Shown here: positions 11,058 to 20,176 of the stretch, piece by piece
Layout: each line of letters begins with the position of its first letter
Position numbering within the stretch: the first letter of the stretch is position 1
NCBI GenBank assembly: GCA_016935985.1
Contig: JAFGPW010000005.1
Span: 46,815-110,814, forward strand
Direction: 5' to 3'
Origin: Candidatus Woesearchaeota archaeon
GTDB lineage: Archaea; Nanobdellota; Nanobdellia; Woesearchaeales; JAFGPW01
Length of the DNA: 64,000 nt
Made by a program: the position numbers and the translations under genes
The notes under the pieces: model-generated
The model's database searches: none
The model's input: only the letters and a program-made list of their open reading frames with translations
Told to the model about the DNA's origin: nothing

Positions 11058-11998
11058 CTTTCCCGAAGCGACTCCTGCTGGCGGCGCTGCTTCTCGGGCT
11101 CGTCGTCCTCGCGGCTGGCTGCACCGGCGGCTTCCCGTTCGCGGAGAAGCGGGAGGCCGGCCTCTCGAGCTACAACTTCAGGACCGGCACCTTCGGCCTC
11201 ACCATGGAGTTCCTGAAGGGGAGCCCACCCGCCTATATCTTCGAGGACACACCATTCGACCTCTCGATAAAGCTGCAGAACCTCGGAGCGTACGAGATCA
11301 CCGACGGCGTCATCGTCCTCGGCCTCGAGGATGACTATGTCTCCCGGACCGGCAGCGAGCCCACGGCGATCGAGATACGGGGGAAGAGCATCTCCGAGCC
11401 ATACGGCGAGGTCCAAATCCGCACCTACGGCCTGCGGAGCGACTATGTCGATGACTACTCCGAGACCCACCACTCGGTCATCATGGCGACCGCGTGCTAC
11501 CGCTACCGGACCGAGGCGTCCCCCACGGTCTGCATCGACACCGATGTCTACAACCTACGGCCCGGCCCGAAGCCGTGCAGCGCCTCCACGCTCACCTTCG
11601 CCGGCCAGGGCGCGCCGGTGGCAGTCACGCAGGTCGAGCAGCAGATGGTGCCCTCTGGCGACTACCTCATACCACAGTTCATCATCACGGTCGAGAATAA
11701 GGGCGGCGGCACCATCATCGACCCCTACCGCGTCTCTGAGATATGCTCTTCCACCGGCACCACGGTCGAGGACTGGAACACCATCTACCTCGAAGCGTTC
11801 ATGGGCGACCGTCTGCTCGACTGCAGGCCGAACCCCCTGCGCATGCGGTCAGGTCTGGACACCATCCGATGCTACTACCAGCAGGGCTTCCCGAAGGAGG
11901 ACCCCACCTATTCCACGACCCTCGACCTCAGGCTCGACTACGGCTACAGCTTCACCGTCTCCCAAGGAATGACTATCGAAAAGGCCGGCATCCGCTGA
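11054..11998 (+). CDS. Putative lipoprotein, paralog 1 of tandem family
   Basis: ATGA overlap with the upstream stop; MTFPKRLLL...LAAGC lipobox; ACY.Y.T..C / QGAPVAV / N.GGG motifs. Confidence 0.8.
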   Translation: MTFPKRLLLAALLLGLVVLAAGCTGGFPFAEKREAGLSSYNFRTGTFGLTMEFLKGSPPAYIFEDTPFDLSIKLQNLGAYEITDGVIVLGLEDDYVSRTGSEPTAIEIRGKSISEPYGEVQIRTYGLRSDYVDDYSETHHSVIMATACYRYRTEASPTVCIDTDVYNLRPGPKPCSASTLTFAGQGAPVAVTQVEQQMVPSGDYLIPQFIITVENKGGGTIIDPYRVSEICSSTGTTVEDWNTIYLEAFMGDRLLDCRPNPLRMRSGLDTIRCYYQQGFPKEDPTYSTTLDLRLDYGYSFTVSQGMTIEKAGIR

Positions 11999-12017
11999 AA
12001 AAAGAAAAGGTTTATAA

Positions 12018-13028
12018 ATGGCAAACGCGGGAAAGAGAGTGATGAAGCATACGTATCTGGCAGGCATCACGCTCGTCGTGATGCTCCTCATGCTCACCGG
12101 CCAGTCCTGCGCCGGCACTGGCACAATCGGCTGGGGGAACTCCCAGGGCGGCAACGCCGACTACGACTACCGGACCGGCTCACGCGGGCTCATGTTGCAG
12201 TTCATACGGAACGCGCCGCCGCCGGAGATCTTCGCTGGCGATGGCACCAATTTCCAGATCGAGGTGCGCAACGTCGGCACCTACCCATCTCCGGAATCGG
12301 GATCCTCGCTCGACGGCAAGATCGTCGTCGGCGGATTCGACAGCACCGCGTTCTCCAACAGCATCAGGAACGGCGACTCGCAATCGCTTCCCGGGAACAT
12401 CCTCATCGGCAAGAGCCAGTTCAATCCGGAGGGGAGCTACGCGATCGTCAGCTTCCCGACGAGCGGCGTCGCGACGGTCGACGTCCCGCAGAACCTGAAC
12501 TACTACGACCCGTGGATCATCGCTTCGGCATGCTACCATTACACCACGACCGCCGGCGCGAACGTGTGCATCGACCCTGACCCGTACACCATCCAGCGCG
12601 AGAACGAGGTGTGCACCGTACGCGACGTCTCGCTCGGATCACAGGGGGCGCCGGTCGCCATCACCTCGGTTGAGGAGGACGTCATGACGAACAGGATCCT
12701 CTTCAAGATCAACATCGCGAACGTGGGCGGCGGCACTATCGTCGGCCCTGACTACTACAGCGAGTGCCCGTTCAACCTCAGGAACGAGATGATTGACATC
12801 GTCGACGTGCATGTTAGCTCGAGCAGCCTCGGCACCGCCTCCTGCCAGCCGAACAACGGCCAGGACCTGCGGCTCCTGAACGGGAGAGGCGTGCTCTACT
12901 GCTACTTCACCGCGCCCGCGTCGACCGGTCCGGCGTATGAGACCCCCATACAGATCGACGTCGACTATGTCTACATGGACAGCATAAAGACGCGCGTCAA
13001 GATATTCTCGGCGCCTGCCTCGAACTGA
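12018..13028 (+). CDS. Putative lipoprotein, paralog 2 (start could be 12042)
   Basis: Signal ending LTGQSC; YRTG..GL...F...PP, ACYHYTT..CID, QGAPVAI, NVGGG. Confidence 0.8.
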   Translation: MANAGKRVMKHTYLAGITLVVMLLMLTGQSCAGTGTIGWGNSQGGNADYDYRTGSRGLMLQFIRNAPPPEIFAGDGTNFQIEVRNVGTYPSPESGSSLDGKIVVGGFDSTAFSNSIRNGDSQSLPGNILIGKSQFNPEGSYAIVSFPTSGVATVDVPQNLNYYDPWIIASACYHYTTTAGANVCIDPDPYTIQRENEVCTVRDVSLGSQGAPVAITSVEEDVMTNRILFKINIANVGGGTIVGPDYYSECPFNLRNEMIDIVDVHVSSSSLGTASCQPNNGQDLRLLNGRGVLYCYFTAPASTGPAYETPIQIDVDYVYMDSIKTRVKIFSAPASN

Positions 13029-13218
13029 GAGGCAGGCGTCATCAGGTCGCCGTTCTTCGGCAAGGACGCTCCCTCTCGAGCGCACGAAGGGAAAAATTTA
13101 TATATAGTATAAACCAGAGAAAGAGAATACAGTTGAGGAACTACCATCCAGTCGGTATCACGGCCGGATGCGTGGATGAGGGACTGCTGTTTATACAGGA
13201 AAAGAGGAGGTTTGCAAA

Positions 13219-14196
13219 ATGGCGAACAGATATCTAATTGGTCTTGTCGTGCTCGTATCGCTGTTCTTCGTGACCGGCCAGGGCTGCGGCGCAGGAACTG
13301 GCGGCAGCGGAGGCGGAGGCGGCGCCGGCTTCGTCGGTGGATCCGACGGCCTTGCCATGGATTTCCTGACCGACTCGCCGCCAGGGGAGGTATTCGACCA
13401 GAACACCTATCCCTTCGACATCACCATCCGCGTCGAGAACAAGGGCGAGGATGACGTCGGCGCCGGCGAGTACAAGCTCGGCATCGAGGGCTTCTCGCCT
13501 GACGATTTCGGCCAGACGCAGGCGGTCATGATGGGCTGGCCCACTACCGTTCTCGAGGGCGCGAGGAAGGACGCCGGCGGAAACCTCATCGATGGAACGA
13601 TTGAGTATTTCAGCTTCCCGTACGGAGGCGGCATGTTCTCCTACCAGGGGCAGGTCGTGAAGTCAGAGATCTTCACCGTGCGCGCGAAGATGTGCTACAC
13701 CTACGAGACCACCGCGACCGCGCTCCTGTGCTACCGCGAGGACACGCTCGGCATCAATGACGAGGGCGTGTGCGAGGTCGACGGCACCAAGAGCGTCGAC
13801 AGCTCCGGCTCGCCGATCCACGTGACGAGGCTCGACGAGACGAAGCAGGGATCGGACACCATCCGGTTCACCTTCGACGTCGCCCATCGCGGCACCGGCA
13901 AGATCTACGGGCCTGCCGCCGACCAGAACGACCTCTGCACGCATGACGTGCAGAACGAGGATCGCGTCCTCGTGACCGTCGACACCGGCATGGCAACGGC
14001 CCCGGTCTGCTCAGGCCTCGGGAACTCGAACACCGGCGAAGTGACGCTCCAGTCAGGCGGCAAGAGGACAATCACCTGCTCGCAGGAGGTCGGGGCGGTC
14101 ACCGGCTCGTACGAGAAGGTGGTGACGATAACGCTCAAGTACGATTACGAGCAGTCGAAGGACACGAGCCTCATCGTCAAGCCGTCTGAGCAGTGA
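13219..14196 (+). CDS. Putative lipoprotein, paralog 3
   Basis: GGAGG SD; signal ending VTGQGC with Gly linker; GL.M.F...PP, CYTYETT..C, SGSPIHV, YDY. Confidence 0.8.
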   Translation: MANRYLIGLVVLVSLFFVTGQGCGAGTGGSGGGGGAGFVGGSDGLAMDFLTDSPPGEVFDQNTYPFDITIRVENKGEDDVGAGEYKLGIEGFSPDDFGQTQAVMMGWPTTVLEGARKDAGGNLIDGTIEYFSFPYGGGMFSYQGQVVKSEIFTVRAKMCYTYETTATALLCYREDTLGINDEGVCEVDGTKSVDSSGSPIHVTRLDETKQGSDTIRFTFDVAHRGTGKIYGPAADQNDLCTHDVQNEDRVLVTVDTGMATAPVCSGLGNSNTGEVTLQSGGKRTITCSQEVGAVTGSYEKVVTITLKYDYEQSKDTSLIVKPSEQ

Positions 14197-14238
14197 AGGC
14201 CGAAACGCCCTTTTTTCTTCCTTTTTCTTCACTCTTTT
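14197..14238 (+). terminator. Oligo-T archaeal terminator
   Basis: CCCTTTTTTCTTCCTTTTTCTTCACTCTTTT directly after the stop, between convergent genes. Confidence 0.55.
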
Positions 14239-14262
14239 CCCATGCCTTAGGCAAGGGGAGAA

Positions 14263-16050
14263 TTAGTGGATGGCCTCTTTCAAGGCCTTCTCGATGTTCT
14301 CATGGTGGTAGCCCGAGTTGGCGAGCGAGTGCCTGATTTGCTCTGGAGAATCCATGTGCTCGAGCGCGATCCTGATTAGCGGGACCATCTCCTCGACCTG
14401 CTCGTCGTCGGTAAGATGGAGCTCGAAGCGGTCACCCTGCCCTTCTGGCGCAGGCGCAGGAGACGCAGGCTTCCCCCTTATAGGAAGGATATCACGGGCA
14501 GGCGAGGGCATGCCTGCCATGCGCTCTCCGTCAGGCGGCCCCTGCTCGGCTTCGGCACGCGGGACCGGACTGCCGGGAAGAGGCCCGATCGGCCGCAGCG
14601 CCGCAGGCATCGGCGCGCCGCGCGAGGCCTCGGCGATCAGGAGGCGGTCGCGCAGCTTCTGGACGACGTTCGAGAGCACTTCGATCTTGGTCTTGAGGTC
14701 GAGCTGCTGCTTCGTGTGGTCCTCGATGATCCTCCTGATGCGCGCCTCATGCCGCTCCTTGTTCTCCTGGATTATGTGGAGATAGGCCTGCTCGCGCGCG
14801 GCGAGCGTCTGGCGAGCCTCCGCCGCCCTCGCCTGCGTCTCGGAAAGCGCCCGTTTCGCCTCCGCGAGCTGCGAGGCGATCCCCGCCCCGGATTCGGCGA
14901 CGAGCCTCCCCTTCTCCTGCTGGACCACGAGGTCGGTCTTGAAGCGCTCGAGCACCTTGTTCTTGTTGAGCAGCTGCCGCTTCAGCATCCAGAGGTACTT
15001 GCCCTTGGTGAGCAGGTCCTTCGCGAGCACCTCCTGGTTGCGGCCGAGCTCCTGCTTCGCCCTCTCGAGCTCGGCGATGCGCGCGTCCCTCCCCTTGACC
15101 TGGTCGCGGACTGCTGCGGCGAGCTCCTCCTGGACCTTCAGCCGCTCCTTGTAGTCGGCGACAATCTCGTCGTGGGCGTCGAGGTAGGAAGACATCTCCG
15201 CGAGCTTCGCGCCCGCCTCCTTGAGACGGACCTCGGCCGCCGCTGTCGCTGCCTGCTCGTCGCGCAGGAGCTTCTTGCCATCGAGCATCTCCAGCTCCTT
15301 CGCGACGAGCTTCGCCTTGAGCACCTCGAGCATCGCCGCGGCCTTCTCGCCCACCTCGGCGACATTCATCAGCCGGTTCTGCATCGCGAGGCGGTCCGCC
15401 CGCCCTTCCTCTACCGCCTTCACGAGCGCCTCCCTCTCGTCGGTCAGCGAACCGGCGCTCTTCTGGAGCGCGGCGATCTCGGCGTCCTTCTCGCGCAGCG
15501 CCCTGATAAGCCGTCCGATCTCCGCGTTCCTGAAGGCGAGGTTCTCCTTCAGCCGCCCGATCCCCTCCACGAACTTCGGCAGGAGGTGCGCCTTCGCGAT
15601 GAGTTTCTCGAACTGCCGCTCCCGTGCCTCAGCCATGCGCTGGTGGCTCTCGAGGTTCTTGGCGAGCTCCTGGATGAGGGCGTTCTTGAGGTTGATGGTG
15701 TCATAGAACTTCTGGAGGCGCTTGTCCAGCTTCTCGAGGATGATGGATTTCTTGATGCTCCTCTGCTTCAGGAACGATAGGTCGGCGTCGAGGCGCTGGA
15801 TAATCGCCTCCTTCTCCATGAGCTGGCCGGTGAGCGCCCGCGCGGTCTCGTCAGGCGCCAGCTCGGCGGTCTTCTCGCGGAGCACCTCGAGCTCGTCGTT
15901 GAGCTTGAGGATCGTCCGCTTGTTCTCCTCGAGAGCGGCTGAGAGGGTCTTGTTGAGGCCCATCGCCTTCTTGGAATCCGCCGCGATCTGAGAAATCAGG
16001 TCTGCGGTCGCAGCCTTCGGCTGCGTATGCTGCTGTGTCTTACGCGGCAT
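14263..16050 (-). CDS. Long coiled-coil protein with Pro-rich linker and small C-terminal helical domain
   Basis: Probable start MPRKTQQ at 16050 overlapping the rfcS end; heptad-rich E/K/L/A sequence; no Walker motifs. Confidence 0.75.
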   Translation of the reverse strand: MPRKTQQHTQPKAATADLISQIAADSKKAMGLNKTLSAALEENKRTILKLNDELEVLREKTAELAPDETARALTGQLMEKEAIIQRLDADLSFLKQRSIKKSIILEKLDKRLQKFYDTINLKNALIQELAKNLESHQRMAEARERQFEKLIAKAHLLPKFVEGIGRLKENLAFRNAEIGRLIRALREKDAEIAALQKSAGSLTDEREALVKAVEEGRADRLAMQNRLMNVAEVGEKAAAMLEVLKAKLVAKELEMLDGKKLLRDEQAATAAAEVRLKEAGAKLAEMSSYLDAHDEIVADYKERLKVQEELAAAVRDQVKGRDARIAELERAKQELGRNQEVLAKDLLTKGKYLWMLKRQLLNKNKVLERFKTDLVVQQEKGRLVAESGAGIASQLAEAKRALSETQARAAEARQTLAAREQAYLHIIQENKERHEARIRRIIEDHTKQQLDLKTKIEVLSNVVQKLRDRLLIAEASRGAPMPAALRPIGPLPGSPVPRAEAEQGPPDGERMAGMPSPARDILPIRGKPASPAPAPEGQGDRFELHLTDDEQVEEMVPLIRIALEHMDSPEQIRHSLANSGYHHENIEKALKEAIH

Positions 16051-17005
16051 GGTGTCGTATGGCGAACTGGGCGAGGAGCGCCTCGAGCTGGAGGAACTCG
16101 TCGCTCCCTTCGACCATCCTGAACTCGATCTCGCCGCACTTGTCGACGAGGGTGATCTTCCGCTCCGAAGGGATGTCGAGGTCCCAGACGGCCTTCTGTA
16201 TCTGCTTGATGACATCGGTCCCCGAGAGCCCATGGGCGGTCATGGTGGCGAGCAGGAGATCCCGCGCCTCGACGAACCTGCCGGCGAGCGCATGCGCGAG
16301 AATCTGGGCTATCTCCTTCGGCTGGGCGACGGACGCGACCGCGTAGACGAGCTCCTTGGTGATCCGTTTGGATGAGGCGGCGCAGCTCTGCAACAGGTTC
16401 TCGAGGCGCCTGCAGTCGCCGCCCGATACCTCGCAGAGCGCGCTTCGCGCGTCGGCTGCCACCGTGAGCCCCTCTGCCTTCGCGATCGCGTCGACGATCG
16501 GGGCGAGGTCTGCGGCATCGAGAGGCCTGAAGCGGAACACCGTGCACCGGCTCTGGATAGGGTCGATGATCTTGCTCGAGTAGTTGCAGGAGAGGATGAA
16601 ACGGGTCGTCTGGGTATAGTTCTCCATGGTCCGACGCAACGCCTGTTGGGCCTCCTTGGTGAGCGCGTCGCACTCATCCAGGTAGATGATCTTGAACGGG
16701 ACGTCGCCGATCGCCCGCGTCCGCGCGAAGTCCTTCACTTTGGTCCGGATCACGTCGATGCCGCGCTCATCCGACGCGTTGAGCTCGAGCAGGTTCTGCC
16801 GCCAACCCTCGCCGAAGAGCGTGCGCGCGACGACGAGGGCGAGCGTGGTCTTCCCGACGCCTGCGGGCCCTGAGAAGAGCAGGTGCGGCATGTTCTTGCC
16901 CTCGACGAACCCCGACACACGGCGTACGACCTCGGCCTGGCCCGTGACCTCGCCGAACGTCTTCGGCCGGTACTTCTCAGTCCAGATGGCGTGCTGCTGA
17001 TCCAT
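16040..17005 (-). CDS. rfcS: Replication factor C small subunit
   Basis: WTEKYRP, GPAGVGKTT, LELNASDERGID, LDECD, IQSRC. Confidence 0.97.
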   Translation of the reverse strand: MDQQHAIWTEKYRPKTFGEVTGQAEVVRRVSGFVEGKNMPHLLFSGPAGVGKTTLALVVARTLFGEGWRQNLLELNASDERGIDVIRTKVKDFARTRAIGDVPFKIIYLDECDALTKEAQQALRRTMENYTQTTRFILSCNYSSKIIDPIQSRCTVFRFRPLDAADLAPIVDAIAKAEGLTVAADARSALCEVSGGDCRRLENLLQSCAASSKRITKELVYAVASVAQPKEIAQILAHALAGRFVEARDLLLATMTAHGLSGTDVIKQIQKAVWDLDIPSERKITLVDKCGEIEFRMVEGSDEFLQLEALLAQFAIRHHAA

Positions 17006-17097
17006 GGTGCGGGTAAGGGAAGGGTCCTATAAAAACATTGCGCGCTTGCCGTGGAGCGGCCGGACAGGCAGTGAGAAAGAGGGGAAAAAGGAAAAGA

Positions 17098-17361
17098 TCA
17101 GATGATATCCTCTTCGGCGATGACCATGAAGTCGCCGATGGCGATCACCGCTGAGAACGGGATGAGGATGTTGCCCTCCTTGTCCTTCTCGAGCTCGAGC
17201 TTCTCGGTGTAGGAGGTCGGGTTCGTGAGCATCATGTGGATGAGCTCGCCGCTCCTCGTCTCGAAGATTATGTCGCCCACCTCGCCGAAGCGCTTGCCGG
17301 TCTTTGAGACGACGGTCTTCCCGATCAGCTGCCTCGAGAACTTCTTGTCTTCTTCAGCCAT
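17098..17361 (-). CDS. PRC-barrel protein (possible CdpB-like cell-division protein)
   Basis: LIGKTVVSKTGKRFGEVGDIIFETRSGEL...LIPFSAVIAIGDFMVI. Confidence 0.85.
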   Translation of the reverse strand: MAEEDKKFSRQLIGKTVVSKTGKRFGEVGDIIFETRSGELIHMMLTNPTSYTEKLELEKDKEGNILIPFSAVIAIGDFMVIAEEDII

Positions 17362-17597
17362 AGCATACCACCCTTACCGTGTGAAATCGTGATGTGTTGT
17401 GACACGCATCACGGCCGTCAGGAGCCTGATGTGTATCAAATAGTGAATACACGCCCTCCTATTTAAAGGTTTCGAACCCCCAGGAGCGCCCTGGCAAGCG
17501 TTTCCCGACGGGAGCGGGCGGCGGCGGCGGCCGTATCCGCAAAGGATATAAAGAGCCGCCGGCTCTGTATGGCGCACGGCATCTAAGGTGACGCCCT

Positions 17598-18674
17598 ATG
17601 GACATCGACGGACGGCTCGGACTGGTTCGGCAGGTCGGGGAGGAGATCGTGACAGAGGAGGATCTCAAGGCGCTCCTCGCAGAAAAGCGGCGGCCCATCG
17701 CCTACGACGGCTTTGAGCCCTCAGGCAGGATCCATATCGCCCAGGCGGTGCTCCGGGCGACGAACATCAACAAGATGACCCGGGCAGGATGCCGCTTCAC
17801 GATGCTCCTCGCCGACTGGCACGGCTGGGCGAACAACAAGATGGGCGGCGACCTGGAGCGCATCAGGACCGTCGGCAGGTACTTCATCGAGGTCTGGAAA
17901 GCCTCGGGGATGGATCTCGACAACGTCAGGTTCGTCTGGGCGAGCGACCTCGTGAAGGAGGAGGCCTACTGGCGCCTGGTCATGCGGATCGCGATCCAGT
18001 CGACCCTCAAGCGAATCCTGCGATGCGGCCAGATCATGGGGCGGAAGGAGTCTGAGGTGCTGCAGGCCTCCCAGATCCTCTACCCGTGCATGCAGGCGGC
18101 GGACATCTTCCATCTCAAGGCAGACATCTGCCAGCTGGGCATGGACCAGCGCAAGGTGAACGTGCTCGCCCGCGAGCTCGCCCCGCGGCTCGGCGAGAGA
18201 AAGCCGGTGATAGTCTCCCACCACATGCTCATGGGCCTTCAGCGGGTCGAGACCGCGGCGAACGACGCCGCTGAGCGCGCGATCGAGATGAAGATGTCGA
18301 AGTCGAATCCCGACTCGGCCATCTTCATGACCGATTCCGCCGACGAGATCAGGAAGAAGCTGCAGAAGGCCTACTGCCCGGAGAAGCAGGTGCGCGACAA
18401 CCCCCTGCTCGAATATGCCAAGTACATCGTCTTCGAGCGCTTCCCTGATCTCACGGTCGAGCGGCCGAAGAAGTTCGGCGGCGACATCACGTTCTCCGGC
18501 TATGCGGCGCTCGAGAAGGCGTATGCGGAGGGCAGCCTCCACCCGATGGACCTGAAGGGAGCTGTCGCGGTCGCGATCGACGAGGTCATCGCGCCGGTGC
18601 GCAGGCACTTCGAGCGCAGCAGCAAGGCGCGGGAGCTCCTCGAGCAGGTGGACGGGTTCCAGGTCACCCGTTAG
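17598..18674 (+). CDS. tyrS: Tyrosyl-tRNA synthetase
   Basis: AYDGFEPSGRIHIAQ, YPCMQAADI, GMDQRKV, KMSKS. Confidence 0.96.
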   Translation: MDIDGRLGLVRQVGEEIVTEEDLKALLAEKRRPIAYDGFEPSGRIHIAQAVLRATNINKMTRAGCRFTMLLADWHGWANNKMGGDLERIRTVGRYFIEVWKASGMDLDNVRFVWASDLVKEEAYWRLVMRIAIQSTLKRILRCGQIMGRKESEVLQASQILYPCMQAADIFHLKADICQLGMDQRKVNVLARELAPRLGERKPVIVSHHMLMGLQRVETAANDAAERAIEMKMSKSNPDSAIFMTDSADEIRKKLQKAYCPEKQVRDNPLLEYAKYIVFERFPDLTVERPKKFGGDITFSGYAALEKAYAEGSLHPMDLKGAVAVAIDEVIAPVRRHFERSSKARELLEQVDGFQVTR

Positions 18675-18739
18675 GGCCAGCGTCACAACCACCGTCGGTT
18701 TAACAAAGTTTAAATACGGTCGACTGTTTTCTAACCCCT

Positions 18740-20176
18740 ATGAAAGACGACTTGGACGCGGATATCGCAGAATTCGCGGTCGAAAAGGCGCGGGAGGCAG
18801 GCGCCTCCTTCGCTGAGGCGCGCATGGTCTCGACCGAGGGCTCGAACTTCCTCCTCAAGAACGGCAACCTTGAGATCTCTGAATTCAACAAGGTGAGCGG
18901 GCTCGGCCTCAGGTTCATCAAGGACGGCGCCATGGGATTCCTCTCCTCGAACGTCCTCTCACGCGACAACCTCAGCAGGATGATCAGGCGGACGCTCGCC
19001 ACCATCTCTAAGTCACGCATCAACGAGCGGGTGCCCTTCGCCGAAGGGAAGGCTGTGGTCGACCGTTATACGGTCCCGCAGAAGCGGAACCTGCTCGATG
19101 TCGACCCGGCGGAGAAGACCGGCCTCCTGTTCGAGATCGAGAAGTTTCTCGCCAGCGGAACGGCGAAAGTCCCGGGGAGGTACCTCTCGCTCGGCGACTC
19201 GGTCCAGGAGAAGCTACTCCTGAATTCCGAGGGGACGAGGATCGAGAGCGTGACGCCACGGGCCTCTTTCTTCTACTTCCTGACCATCGCCCACGGCGAC
19301 ACGAGCGTGCAGCGCTACTGGCAGCACGGCAATGCGGGCGGCTGGGAGTTCGTGGAGGGGTGGGGCCTCCCCCAGAAGATGGCGGAGGAGGCAAGCGCGC
19401 TCGACCGGAACGCGCGTGAGGGGGCTGCAGCCCCCACCGGCAAGCTCGATGTCGTATGCGGCCCAGAGGTCGTCGGCATCATGGTGCACGAGAGCGTCGG
19501 CCATCCCTATGAGGGCGACCGCATCCTCGGCCGCGAGGCGGCGCAGGCGGGCGAGTCGTTCGTGAAGAGGGGCATGCTCAACACGCGCATCGGCTCCGAC
19601 GTCGTGGACGTCTCCGACGACCCGCGTATCGAGCACAGCTTCGCGTACTACAAGTACGACGACGAGGGCGTTCCTGCAGTCGAGAAGCGGCTGATCACGA
19701 AGGGCATGATACGCGAGTTCCTCCACAACAGGAGCACCGCCGCCGCCCTCGGGACGGTGAGCAACGCCGCGAGCAGGGCGACCGACTATGACCGCGAGGC
19801 GATCGTCCGGATGTCGAACACCTTCCTCAAGCCCGGCGACCATTCCGAGCAGGAGCTCATCGAGGGTATCACGCGCGGCGTGTACATCAAGAACTTCACC
19901 GAGTGGAACATCGATGACCGCAGGCTCAACCAGAAGTACGTCGGCGCCGAATGCTTCCTCATCGAGAACGGCAGGCTCACGAGGCCGGTCATCGCGCCGG
20001 TGATCGAGATCGACACGCCGACGCTGTGGGGAAGCGTGGATGCGGTCGCCGACAACATAGAATACCATGCCGGCACCTGCGGCAAGGGCGAGCCGATGCA
20101 GGGAATCCCTGTCTGGTTCGGCGGGCCCTCGATGCGCCTGAGGAACATCACCTTCGGAGGCGGGACCGGTGGATGA
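18740..20176 (+). CDS. tldD: TldD metalloprotease subunit
   Basis: HESVGHPYEGD (HExxxH), YDDEGV, RMSNT, GTCGKGEP. Confidence 0.93.
   Translation: MKDDLDADIAEFAVEKAREAGASFAEARMVSTEGSNFLLKNGNLEISEFNKVSGLGLRFIKDGAMGFLSSNVLSRDNLSRMIRRTLATISKSRINERVPFAEGKAVVDRYTVPQKRNLLDVDPAEKTGLLFEIEKFLASGTAKVPGRYLSLGDSVQEKLLLNSEGTRIESVTPRASFFYFLTIAHGDTSVQRYWQHGNAGGWEFVEGWGLPQKMAEEASALDRNAREGAAAPTGKLDVVCGPEVVGIMVHESVGHPYEGDRILGREAAQAGESFVKRGMLNTRIGSDVVDVSDDPRIEHSFAYYKYDDEGVPAVEKRLITKGMIREFLHNRSTAAALGTVSNAASRATDYDREAIVRMSNTFLKPGDHSEQELIEGITRGVYIKNFTEWNIDDRRLNQKYVGAECFLIENGRLTRPVIAPVIEIDTPTLWGSVDAVADNIEYHAGTCGKGEPMQGIPVWFGGPSMRLRNITFGGGTGG

Noticed and set aside
14263-16050. SMC/Rad50 assignment for the coiled-coil protein
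   Set aside because: No Walker A/B, signature, hinge or hook motifs.
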